A stretch of DNA of 64,000 nt from assembly GCA_965200245.1 (NCBI GenBank), contig CBDATS010000008.1, forward strand, positions 288,001 through 352,000, read 5' to 3'. The position numbers and the translations under genes were made by a program. This DNA comes from a bacterium (lineage in GTDB: Bacteria; UBA8248). Position 1 is the stretch's first letter. Every line of letters begins with the position of its first letter. The notes under the pieces are model-generated. The model was not told the DNA's origin. It did not search any database and saw only the letters and a list, made by a program, of their open reading frames with translations. Positions 11,554-20,845 of this stretch are shown here, one piece after another.

Positions 11554-13653
11554 CTAGAGTTCGATGATAAGATTCTGGAATTTGTCGACCTGGAAGTTCG
11601 AGCGCGGGCCAATGACAGTCGTTGTCATTTTTTCCTCTACCAGCGCGGGTCCCTTGAGCTTCTGGCCGGGTTTCAGCAGATAGCGATCGAAGATATTCAC
11701 CTTTCGGAAGCCCTTATTCTCCGGCATATAGATACGTCGGTTACCTTTCAAGGCGTTTTTGCCGCCATTTTCAGATAAATTCGAGAAATCGAAATTCACG
11801 TTGGGTTCCGGTCCCATACCGAAAATTCTCCAACCAAACACCTGGAGCGGCACTTCGTCGATGGCACGCCCATGGGCTGAGGCGTAGTGTTCGCGGTAGG
11901 TTTCGATGATTTCCCCGAAATGGCTTCGTGTCAGTTTTCCGCTCGGGATTGGAATGGTGAGCGGGAAGCCTTGGCCCTCGAAACTGATGTCTGCCATACG
12001 CTGGATACGGATTTGGCGTTCTTTCACGCCCGCGGTGGTGAGTACTTGACGAAGCCGCTTTTCCCGCCGGGTAAGTGTTTCGTTAAGTTTGGCGAGGTTC
12101 ACGTCTTCGAGAGCTATTACATGGCTGTCCACGGTGTCGACCTTGAAGGGGACGGTATGGAGTCCCAAGCTGGAAGCCAAGCCTGCGCCCGGCGGGCAGA
12201 CAATGCGCTTGAGCCCCACCTTGCGCGCGAGCCTGAAGGCATGGACCGGACCCGCGCCGCCGGTAGCCAAAAGTGTGAAGTGGCGCGGGTCCTTACCGCG
12301 TTCGGATAGCTTGATGCGCGCGGCGGCGGCCATGGTTTCATTCACCAGTTCATGAATACCCCAAGCCGCCTGGATTTCTTCGATTTTCATCGGGTCAGCG
12401 ATTTTGGTGCGGATGGCTTCGGATGCTGCTTCGGGGAAGACGGGCATTTCCCCGCCCAGGAAATAATCGGGATTGATGTAGCCAAGCAATAGATTCGCGT
12501 CTGTCACCGTAGGTTTTTCTCCGCCCAGTCCATAGCATGCGGGACCTGGAGAGGCTCCCTGGCTCTCGGGACCGACCTTGAGTAGTCCCAAGTCGTCGAT
12601 TCGCGCGATGCTTCCTCCGCCGGCGCCGACCTCGATGAGATCGATGCACGGCACCTGGATGGGCATGCCGCTGCCTTTCGTGAAGCGTTTCACGCGTGCA
12701 ATCTCGAATTGCACGGAGAGGTGGGGTTCCCCATTTTCGATGATGCAGGATTTGGCGGTGGTTCCGCCCATGTCGAAGGCGAGAAGATTCTCGAATCCGC
12801 CGAGTTTCCCGAAATAGGCTGAGGAGAGTGCTCCCGCCGCTGGCCCCGACTCGAACATGCGTATAGGGCTGCGCCCGGCGGATTGCGCTGTGGTGATTCC
12901 ACCGTTCGATAGCATGATGTAGAGCGAGACGTTCTCAAGGTTGACCTCGAGGTCTTCGAGATACTTCGACACAATTGGCTGAATGTAAGCGTTTGCCACC
13001 GTGGTGGAGGTTCTCTCGTACTCCCTGATCTCGGGACAAACCTGCGAGGAGAGGCTGAAGCTAACTTCCGGGAACGATTGCGCTATGGCTTCTCCGACTT
13101 CGGTCTCATGGGCCGGATTAGCGTAGGAGTGCAAGAGGCAAACCGCAATAGATTCCGCCCCTTTTTCGACGAGTTCCTGAATTGTAACCCGGACCTCCTG
13201 GGTGCTCAAAGGCTGGAGAATCTCCCCATTCGCGGAAATCCGTTCTGTTAATTCGCGGCGAAAGGGTCCAGAAACGAGAGGTTCCGGAAATTCAGGCACG
13301 ATGTCGTAGATATCGTACCTTGACTCACGACCTATCAACAGGATATCGGCGAACCCTTTTGTAGAGAGAAGGCCTGTGAAGGCTCCTTTTTTCTCGATGA
13401 TGGCATTAGTAGCGAGGGTGGTTGCGTGAATCGCCTGCCCAAGATCGCGGAACTTGAGATTTTCCTCGTCGAGCAGCGTGCGCAGGCCGGCAAGTGCACC
13501 GATGGATGGGTCGTTCGGTGTCGTGAGATACTTGCCCACCGAGGTCTTTCCGTTTGAAGGATTGTAGACCGCGATGTCGGTGAACGTACCCCCGATATCG
13601 ATAGCGGCAACAATTCTTCTTCTGGCTGTAGGGGATGATGCGGATTTGGCCAT
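11554..13653 (-). CDS. Hydantoinase A / 5-oxoprolinase ATP-binding subunit
   Basis: DIGGTFTD, HATTLATN, REYERTSTT, ESGPAAG, DMGGTT, GAGGGSIA, PTVTDAN. Confidence 0.93.
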   Translation of the reverse strand: MAKSASSPTARRRIVAAIDIGGTFTDIAVYNPSNGKTSVGKYLTTPNDPSIGALAGLRTLLDEENLKFRDLGQAIHATTLATNAIIEKKGAFTGLLSTKGFADILLIGRESRYDIYDIVPEFPEPLVSGPFRRELTERISANGEILQPLSTQEVRVTIQELVEKGAESIAVCLLHSYANPAHETEVGEAIAQSFPEVSFSLSSQVCPEIREYERTSTTVANAYIQPIVSKYLEDLEVNLENVSLYIMLSNGGITTAQSAGRSPIRMFESGPAAGALSSAYFGKLGGFENLLAFDMGGTTAKSCIIENGEPHLSVQFEIARVKRFTKGSGMPIQVPCIDLIEVGAGGGSIARIDDLGLLKVGPESQGASPGPACYGLGGEKPTVTDANLLLGYINPDYFLGGEMPVFPEAASEAIRTKIADPMKIEEIQAAWGIHELVNETMAAAARIKLSERGKDPRHFTLLATGGAGPVHAFRLARKVGLKRIVCPPGAGLASSLGLHTVPFKVDTVDSHVIALEDVNLAKLNETLTRREKRLRQVLTTAGVKERQIRIQRMADISFEGQGFPLTIPIPSGKLTRSHFGEIIETYREHYASAHGRAIDEVPLQVFGWRIFGMGPEPNVNFDFSNLSENGGKNALKGNRRIYMPENKGFRKVNIFDRYLLKPGQKLKGPALVEEKMTTTVIGPRSNFQVDKFQNLIIEL

Positions 13654-14068
13654 TGCTAGGCTATGAGAGAGCCTCTTGTATGAGGGTAATCAGTTAGAAA
13701 CGGCACCTTGTTATTCAGCATGATTCTTTGCAACTCAAATTCTACAACCTGCGAAAGTTAGATAAAAACAAGTGTTTTGTCAATTTTAATTTGGAATATG
13801 CAGGATAAGATGTTGAAATATAACGTGTTGTTCCTGTTTTTCTGGGGAGGGATGGTAATGAAAATTATAAAACAATACCGGAGTTGAACCATTAAATCAT
13901 TGATTTATTTATTGTTATTAACTCAAGAGCACTTCACTTGGTCTCTAACCAACAGTGTCGGGGGACAGGATCGGTTGCGTTCTTCGATGAATGATGACTG
14001 TTTGCCTATAAGACCCGAATATCCATAGGATAGGGTGTTTTCATGAATCAAGACTGAGGATTTTTCTA

Positions 14069-15083
14069 ATGGCGAAAAACACCAACAGATCGGAAGTCCG
14101 ATATGCCTTGGTGGATTGTGACCCAGGTGTGGATGACGCACTGGCCTTGGCGATGGGCTTCGCTTCGCCTTTTTTCAGGTACGACGCTGTGACGAGCGTA
14201 CATGGCAATGTTTCCGCGCGCCTGGCTTACCGGAACGCAAGAAGGCTTACCGTATTCTTGCGTAATCATCTCGCTTTTCCTGTCCCTGCCGTTCCCGTCT
14301 ATCCGGGAGCATCACTTGCTCTTGACGGAAGTCGTCTGAACCGGAGCGAATCACGCGCGATTCACGGCCCAGAAGGCCTTGGAGCGATGTTCGACAGGAA
14401 AAGGTGCTTGCGCCCTCCGGGCGGGAGAAATTCGAAACTGGCTTGGGAGGTGATCGCAGAGCGGGCCAAGGAGCGTGGTTCGGGGTTGACGATTGTCACG
14501 CTGGGGCCACTGACGAATCTCGCTCTGGCTCTCCGGCGTGCGCCTGGAGCCTTCTCCCGCGTGAGGCGAATTGTTGTCATGGGGGGGGGCCGCGAGGATG
14601 CCAGGGAACGTTACGCCTGCAGCCGAGTTCAACATCTATTGCGACCCGTTGGCGGCAAAGGAGGTGTTCGCATCTGGGCTGCCTATCACCATGGTGGGTC
14701 TCGACGTGACGAGACGCGCACTCATTCGTGTCGATGAATTCGAGGGTGGCGGGTCGTTCCGCGCGGCCATGAGGGATCTCATCCAGGTCTATGCGCGATT
14801 CGCCAGAAAAAGCAGGGGTGCCGAGGACATCACCCTGCACGACCCGCTGGTGCTGGCCGTCGCAATGAAGCCGGATTTGGTGGAGACCATTCCCTGTCGA
14901 GTTGACGTAGACGCGAGCCGTGGCATCGCACGGGGCATGACGGTGGTGGATCTGAGAGAGAACAGGGGTAGACGAGTTGAAAACCCGGTCCATGTGGCCA
15001 TGGACTTGGACGTAAAGGATTTTTTGGCGTTTTTCGTCTCTCACCTGCAAAATTACCGTGGCTGGGACGCCGATGAAGAATAA
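14069..15083 (+). pseudogene. Inosine-uridine-preferring nucleoside hydrolase, frameshifted
   Basis: DCDPGVDD, HG, LGPLTN in frame 1; GNVTPAAEFN, VGLDVT, LHDPL in another frame; shift maps to a G9 run at 14581-14589 (G8 restores MGGAARMPGN). Confidence 0.85.
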
Positions 15084-16032
15084 GAAAGGCCGCGTCCTTG
15101 TAGTGGGAAGCTCGAACATCGACATTGTCGTTCGCGTGGATAAGCTCCCCTCTCCAGGACAAACCGTACTTGGCGATGAGCGGCTTGAGTATTGGGGAGG
15201 GAAGGGGGCGAACTAGGCCTTGGCAGCCCTGCGCGCCGGGGCTGAGGTGCGCTTCGTCACGATGCTGGGAAACGACACGGGTGGCGATGCCTATGCCTGT
15301 CATCTTGCTGAGAGCGACATATCGCCCGATGGCGTGTTGCGCTGTAAGGCGAGCACGGGGACGGCGCTGATCGTGGTGGACTGGAATGGAGAGAACCAAA
15401 TCGCCGTGGCCCCCGGCGCGAATTCACTGCTCACGCCCGGGCGAATGAGAAAAAACCCCGGACTTCTCGATACCGGCAATGTTGTTCTGGCGCAGCTCGA
15501 GGTTCCGCTTCCTTCTGTCATGGCCGCATTCGTAAAAGGGAGAAGGCGCGACGCCTGCAACGTCCTGAATCCTGCGCCCGTGGCAGGGGAATTGCCCCAG
15601 GAACTGCTCGGCCTTACGGATGTAATCGTTCCCAATGAAAACGAAGCGGCGCAACTGGCGAAACTGGATCAGATACCCAAAACGGACGCGGAATTCCTGC
15701 ACGTCGCACGCGCCTTGCGGGCTTTAGGACCTTCGGGCGTGGTCGTAACCTCCGGGGAGAGAGGGGCTTTTCTGCTGGATGGGGAGCGCTTCTGGTTCCG
15801 GACACCTGCGGGAATCGAGACGGTCGATACTACGGGCGCTGGCGATGCGTTTTGCGGCGCGCTCGCGGCCAGGCTCGCAGAGGGCGCGCTGGTAGAGGAT
15901 GCGGTGCGTTTTGCTGTCTGCGCAGGATCATGCTCGGTGACGAGACGAGGTGCGCAGGACGGGTTGCCATCGCGCCGAAGGATTTTGAGAAATCAGACAC
16001 AAGTGCGTCAAAAACAAATTTGGGTTGGTTGA
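15073..16032 (+). pseudogene. rbsK: Ribokinase with premature stop
   Basis: VVGSSNID...GGKGAN-TAG(15214-15216)-ALAA where the family has GGKGANQA; downstream PNENE, DTTGAGDAF intact. Confidence 0.9.
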
Positions 16033-16137
16033 CTTGGAACCATAACGCGCATAGGGTGAAGTGGATGGGCGCTTGATGAGGCGAAATTTCGAGCTCCATC
16101 TCAACTAAATTTTCCGTCGCCGATAGGAGAGATGCTC

Positions 16138-17181
16138 ATGCCAATGGATTGGGATGAGTTCAAATCGAGAAGACAGGGTGGCGGTTCGGGAGGTGGTGGC
16201 GGCGGTATTCCGCCGCAGATCAAGCTGCCGCAATTCCGTCTGCCGAACTTCAAGCTACCCTCAGCGGCCATATTCGTCGTGGCGGGTCTGATCTGGCTGT
16301 CTTCCGGCATTTTCAGCGTGGGGCCGGACGAACAGGGGATCGTGCTTCGGTTCGGACGCATCGAGCGTGTGGTGTCCTCGGGCCTGAACTATCACTATCC
16401 CTTCCCGATCGAGACCGCCTACACGCCGAAAGTGACGGAAGTCAAGCGTGTGGAAATCGGTTTCCGAACCATCGATCCCGGCCCTCCGGCCAGATATTCC
16501 GACAAGTCCCATGAGTCGAGAATGCTGACCGGAGATGAGAACATGGTGGATGTTGACATGATCGTGCAGTACCGCATTGTGGAGGCGGACAAGTATCTCT
16601 TCAAGGTGCGCAATCCCAGGGAGACGGTCGTGCACGCCGCTGAGGCCGCCATTCGCCAGGTGGTAGGGAGCAAGCCCATCGACGAGGCACTCACCACCGG
16701 AAAGGGCGCGATTCAGCAGGAGACGCTCGTAGAGCTTCAAGAAATACTTGACCGCTACGAAACCGGCCTGCGCGTGGTGGCGGTGCAACTGCAGGACGTG
16801 ACGCCACCCAAGGAGGTTATTGACGCTTTCAAGGATGTAGCCAGTGCCCGTGAGGACAGGAACCGACTCGTGAACGAGGCGCAGGGTTACCAGAATCAGG
16901 TTATACCGGAGACCCGGGGTAAGGTGGCTGCCATCATCAGGAAATCGGAAGCCTATCGCGAGACCAAAATCCGCCACGCGCGAGGTGACGCGAATCGCTT
17001 CGTTGCGACGCTCAAGGAGTATAAAAAGGCGCCGTCGATCACACGCGAGCGTCTCTACCTTGAAATGATGAAGGAAGTGATGCCAACGGTGGACAAGGTG
17101 ATTCTCGATCAAGGCAAATCGGGCGTCCTGCCCATACTCCCCCTTCGGGGCAACGGAATCGAAGGAGTAACGAAACGATGA
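16138..17181 (+). CDS. hflK: FtsH protease modulator HflK
   Basis: Gly-rich N-terminus, TM segment, MLTGDEN, SPFH domain, TRERLYLE. Confidence 0.95.
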   Translation: MPMDWDEFKSRRQGGGSGGGGGGIPPQIKLPQFRLPNFKLPSAAIFVVAGLIWLSSGIFSVGPDEQGIVLRFGRIERVVSSGLNYHYPFPIETAYTPKVTEVKRVEIGFRTIDPGPPARYSDKSHESRMLTGDENMVDVDMIVQYRIVEADKYLFKVRNPRETVVHAAEAAIRQVVGSKPIDEALTTGKGAIQQETLVELQEILDRYETGLRVVAVQLQDVTPPKEVIDAFKDVASAREDRNRLVNEAQGYQNQVIPETRGKVAAIIRKSEAYRETKIRHARGDANRFVATLKEYKKAPSITRERLYLEMMKEVMPTVDKVILDQGKSGVLPILPLRGNGIEGVTKR

Positions 17182-18131
17182 GCGCCGAGGGCTCCGAATC
17201 CAGGAATATACCCAAAAAGACGATTGCCCTGGTTATCCTGGGTATCATCATCGTCTTTGGTGTCAATTCGTTTTTGTTCACGATTCGTGAAGACAGACAG
17301 GTTGTCGTTACCCGGTTTGGCAAGCCCGTTCGCGTCTTACGCAATGCAGGTCTTCACTACCGGGTACCCTTCATCGAACAGCTTTCGTTTTTCGACCGCC
17401 GATTGCTTGAATATGACTCCAACCCCACAGAAATCATCACGCAGGACAAGAAAAGCCTCGTGGTGGACAACTTCTCACGCTGGCTCATCATCGATCCGCT
17501 CCAGTTTCTCCGTACCGTGCGCAACGAAACGGGGGCGCAGGCCCGGCTCGACGACATCATCTACAGTGAACTGCGTCTCGAACTTGGTCGCAAGGACCTG
17601 ATTGACATCGTGGCGAAAGAACGGGCGCAGTTGATGGCCAAGGTCCGGGAAGAAAGCGACAAGAAAGCGCGTGCCTATGGCATCCAGATTGTGGACGTGC
17701 GCTTGAAGCGCGCGGATTTGCCCGCCGAGAACCTGAAGGCGATTTACGGGCGCATGCGGGCCGAGCGGCAAAGAATCGCCCGCCAATACCGCTCGGAGGG
17801 AAAAGAACAGGCCGAAAAGATACGGGCGGAAACCAACCGTGAGCGCGACGTACTTCTTGCCGAGGCCTACGAGAAAGAACAAACCATCAAAGGTGAGGGT
17901 GATGCCAAGAGCATCGACATCAACGCCAGGGCGTTCGGGCAGGATCAGGAATTTTATGCTTTCCTGAAGAGCCTGGAAGTCTATGAGCGCTCGCTCAAGG
18001 ACAAGACGACCTTGGTGTTGCCCGCCAGCAGCGATTTCCTGAGGTTCCTGCAAAGCTCCGAGAACAAGGGTTCGAATTCAACCAAAGCCGAGAGCAGACC
18101 TGAGGAAACAGCGAAAAAAAAATCCGAGTAA
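17178..18131 (+). CDS. hflC: FtsH protease modulator HflC
   Basis: TRFGKP, TQDKKSLVVD, DVRLKRADLP, RMRAER, FYAFLKSLEVY; ATGA overlap with hflK. Confidence 0.95.
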   Translation: MSAEGSESRNIPKKTIALVILGIIIVFGVNSFLFTIREDRQVVVTRFGKPVRVLRNAGLHYRVPFIEQLSFFDRRLLEYDSNPTEIITQDKKSLVVDNFSRWLIIDPLQFLRTVRNETGAQARLDDIIYSELRLELGRKDLIDIVAKERAQLMAKVREESDKKARAYGIQIVDVRLKRADLPAENLKAIYGRMRAERQRIARQYRSEGKEQAEKIRAETNRERDVLLAEAYEKEQTIKGEGDAKSIDINARAFGQDQEFYAFLKSLEVYERSLKDKTTLVLPASSDFLRFLQSSENKGSNSTKAESRPEETAKKKSE

Positions 18132-18150
18132 TACCGTCTCTCAAAATGCC

Positions 18151-18174
18151 AGCCCCCTCACGGCGAGGGGGGCT
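18151..18174. terminator. Hairpin after hflC (possible bidirectional terminator)
   Basis: AGCCCCCTC-ACGGC-GAGGGGGGCT. Confidence 0.55.
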
Positions 18175-18365
18175 ATTCTGTCCTGAACAGCACTGAGCAA
18201 CATCTGATGCCCGGGTTCCGCTTGTCCGCTTTCGTATTTAAGGGGCCCCGAGGTGGGAAAGGGGCAAGCGGATGCCCTGAAAGGCCGTTTCTCAAATGAA
18301 GATGAGGGGCGGATGCGCTTACCAGAAATCATGGTGAAGAAGTTTTTCTGTTACCCATAATATGA

Positions 18366-18394
18366 AATCTAGGCCGTATCTTTCTGGATGTCAA
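18366..18394 (-). promoter_or_regulatory. Sigma70-type promoter pointing leftwards
   Basis: Minus strand TTGACA-17 nt-TAGATT. Confidence 0.65.
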
Positions 18395-18402
18395 GGAATT
18401 TA

Positions 18403-18570
18403 AAACAAAATATAGTATATTTTTTTCTTGCCATACAATATATGGGGTCAGGCAGGCTATTTTAACCACAGTTTATCAAGATGAGGAAACGGGATAACCT
18501 CAAACAAAGCAATCGATTAGATAAAACCATATATGGTATGTCGATGAGTTGTGGATACAATATCTGGAGA
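18403..18570. promoter_or_regulatory. Four NrdR-box-like palindromes in two pairs
   Basis: Cores CAAAATATAG (18406), CAATATATGG (18436), CCATATATGG (18527), CAATATCTGG (18558) vs consensus CwAtATaTwG; spacings within pairs 30 and 31 bp. Confidence 0.6.
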
Positions 18571-18726
18571 TCAAAGGGAAATGAAGGTTTCTGGTTTCCC
18601 CCTGGTGCATATAGTTTGGGAAATCGCCGAACAAGCCGAAGTGCGTACCAAGCGATGTGCAGGAAAGGAGACCGTGCCACCCCGAAATTATGGCGCAAGC
18701 CCATCCTGTGGCAGGACAACTACTGG

Positions 18727-19089
18727 CTATTTATCTCTCAGGTAATTATCGCTTCCGTCGAGCCAGTCTTCACGAATGGGGGAGAAGATGTCGTAGTCTA
18801 TCGCTGTTTCATCGCCTACGACTTCCACGGAGTGAGGGACGTGCGGGGGGATGAGGAGCGTCTCACCAGGGCCGAGTTCCACGGTTTCATCGTCAATGAA
18901 GAACCGGAGTTTTCCCTTGATGACGTGGGATATCTGCTCGTGCTCGTGGCTGTGCAGGGGTACAACGCAACCGGGCTTGAGCTTGAGCCAGCAGAGCATT
19001 TCTTTTTCACCCACAACCATCTTTCTAGAGAACGTGTCGGTCAAAGCCTCCTCGGGCATCTCGTCCCAATTGTATTTCCGGGCGCGCAT
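18727..19089 (-). CDS. Cupin domain protein
   Basis: PLHSHEHEQ and IPPHVPH metal motifs, DIFSPIREDW; AGGAG RBS. Confidence 0.9.
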   Translation of the reverse strand: MRARKYNWDEMPEEALTDTFSRKMVVGEKEMLCWLKLKPGCVVPLHSHEHEQISHVIKGKLRFFIDDETVELGPGETLLIPPHVPHSVEVVGDETAIDYDIFSPIREDWLDGSDNYLRDK

Positions 19090-19151
19090 GGTTCATCTCC
19101 TTGGGGTCGGTTGTTTTGCTTTTGGAATGCGGTGAAAGTCGCCGGGCACAG

Positions 19152-19430
19152 TTACTGTTTGTACCCGGGGAGTGTTCTGCTGAAGCCCTCCCGCATGACC
19201 CGGCCTTTTTTCAGCACGTAATACCCCTCGCCGTAGCGGATGACGCTAGTGAGGGGCGGAATCCGGCATTCCTTCGAGATAATCAGGTTTTCTTGGGATT
19301 CGTCGCGGGGGAGGTAGCGGTCGGCGTCGTCGTCGGATAGTTGGATTTCGCGGTTGCAGTCATCTGCAGCTTTTTCGAATTCGCCTTGCAACTTTATGGT
19401 CTTGCATTCGCAAGAAATTACATCGCTCAT
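19152..19430 (-). CDS. Hypothetical protein (~92 aa)
   Basis: AGGAG RBS before ATG (MSDVISCECK...); co-oriented with cupin. Confidence 0.6.
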   Translation of the reverse strand: MSDVISCECKTIKLQGEFEKAADDCNREIQLSDDDADRYLPRDESQENLIISKECRIPPLTSVIRYGEGYYVLKKGRVMREGFSRTLPGYKQ

Positions 19431-19662
19431 CGAGGGTCTCCTGTATTCATCGAGAGCCTTCTGAAAAAGTGGGGCTATGCTAAAAAGGGGCCATCGTGGT
19501 GTCAAGACCGTCGGGGTGAAAAAGCATGTTTCATCACCGCAATGTATCGGGAGAGGTATGCTTCGGTTTGAAATGTCTTCTCCGCAGGAGTATAAATGAT
19601 GGCGTTTCAAGATTCGCTGCTTCAGGCTTTTTGGCCGCATTCATTTTCAGGAGGACGCATTC

Positions 19663-20163
19663 ATGCCAAGAATGACGGAAAAGATGATCGACTCGGGCGA
19701 TCCCTTCCCGAGTCTCGAGGTGAACCAGGTGGGAGGAGGCAAAATCTCCCTGCCCGGCGATCTCGCGGGCGATTGGGGGGTGGTTCTGCTCTACCGCGGA
19801 CACTGGTGACCGTACTGCAAGCAGCAGCTTACGGCCTTCGACAGGGCGGCGAAGCTCAAGGAAGAAGGCGTCAAAGTTGTTGCAGCCTCCGTGGACATGG
19901 AGGAGAACGCGAAGGGAACGGTCGAGGAATGCGGCCTCAGCTTCCCCGTCGGCTATGGTTTGGATAACAAGCATATTTCAGAACTTACGGGGTGTTTCTA
20001 CGAAGAAAAACGCCAGATCATCCACAGCACGGGCTATGTCTTGAAGCCAGATGGAACGGTGGCCGTCGCCGTCTACAGCACTGGCCCCATCGGCCGCCTC
20101 GTGTGGCAGGATGTGTTGGGCCTGGTTCAGTTCTACAAGAAGATGATGGCGTCCCAGAACTAG
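19663..20163 (+). CDS. AhpC/TSA (peroxiredoxin-like) selenoprotein, UxxC motif
   Basis: AGGAGG RBS; MPRMTEKMIDSGDPFPSL...VVLLYRGHW-TGA(19807-19809)-PYC-KQQL continues in frame into ORF 19891..20163; TGA at first Cys of the family motif YRGHWCPYC. Confidence 0.88.
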
Positions 20164-20176
20164 CGCATCTTTTTCG

Positions 20177-20215
20177 AACACCCCCTCGTTTATCCTCTTC
20201 GAGGGGGTGTTTTTT
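20177..20215 (+). terminator. Rho-independent terminator
   Basis: AACACCCCCTCG-loop-CGAGGGGGTGTT followed by T run. Confidence 0.88.
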
Positions 20216-20317
20216 ATGTGCAGGTTTGGAGGGATTTTTTTATGGCCTCGCAGGAGAGATAACATCGCAGGCGAGTGATACGATCACATTCATCATCACG
20301 AGAAAACGGAGTCCATC

Positions 20318-20845
20318 ATGCCGAAAGTGAACCAGTACTTTCTCGACACTGGGGATGATTTCCCGAATCTTGAAATTCCCAAGGTAGGCGGCGGAACCAT
20401 CACCCTGCCCGATGACTTGCTCGGTTCGTGGGGCGTCGTCCTTTTCTACCGCAGCCACTGGTGACCCTACTGACTCGCACAGATGGCGGGATTCTCCCGG
20501 GCGGGAGAAAGATTGGAAGCTGAGGGTATCAAGGTGGTGGCGGCGTCCACCGACCCGGAAGAGGAAGCACTGCAGTCCATCGAGGCGAGCAAAGTGAATT
20601 TTCCGGTGGGGCACAGTCTCGATCCCGCGCGTATCTCGGAAACGACGGGGGCCTTCTACTCGCCCGAGGCGGGCGAGAAGCCCAGGCCGTTTCTTCACGC
20701 GACGAACTTTCTGCTTTCACCTGACGGCAAGGTGAACATTTCGCTCTATAGTTCAGGTCCCCTGGGGCGGCTCGTCTGGCAGAATGTCATCCAGGCCGTA
20801 CAGTTCCGAAAAAAGCGCATGGCGGCCGTGCAGGCGCAGCAGTAG
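20318..20845 (+). CDS. AhpC/TSA (peroxiredoxin-like) selenoprotein paralogue, UxxU motif
   Basis: GGAG RBS; MPKVNQYFLDTGDDFPNL...VVLFYRSHW-TGA(20462)-PY-TGA(20471)-LAQ joins in frame to ORF 20483..20845; paralogous to upstream gene over full length. Confidence 0.8.

Noticed and set aside
13660-14060. AT-rich stretch as foreign DNA or ncRNA
   Set aside because: Explained adequately as the divergent promoter region between the hydantoinase and nucleoside hydrolase operons; no repeats or mobility genes seen.
18340-18620. Firm call of oriC or dif in the AT-rich intergenic region
   Set aside because: Only two one-mismatch DnaA boxes, no adjacent dnaA/dnaN/gidA, and no XerD arm (TTATGTTAAAT-like) after the CCCATAA segment; kept only as an alternative in the finding.
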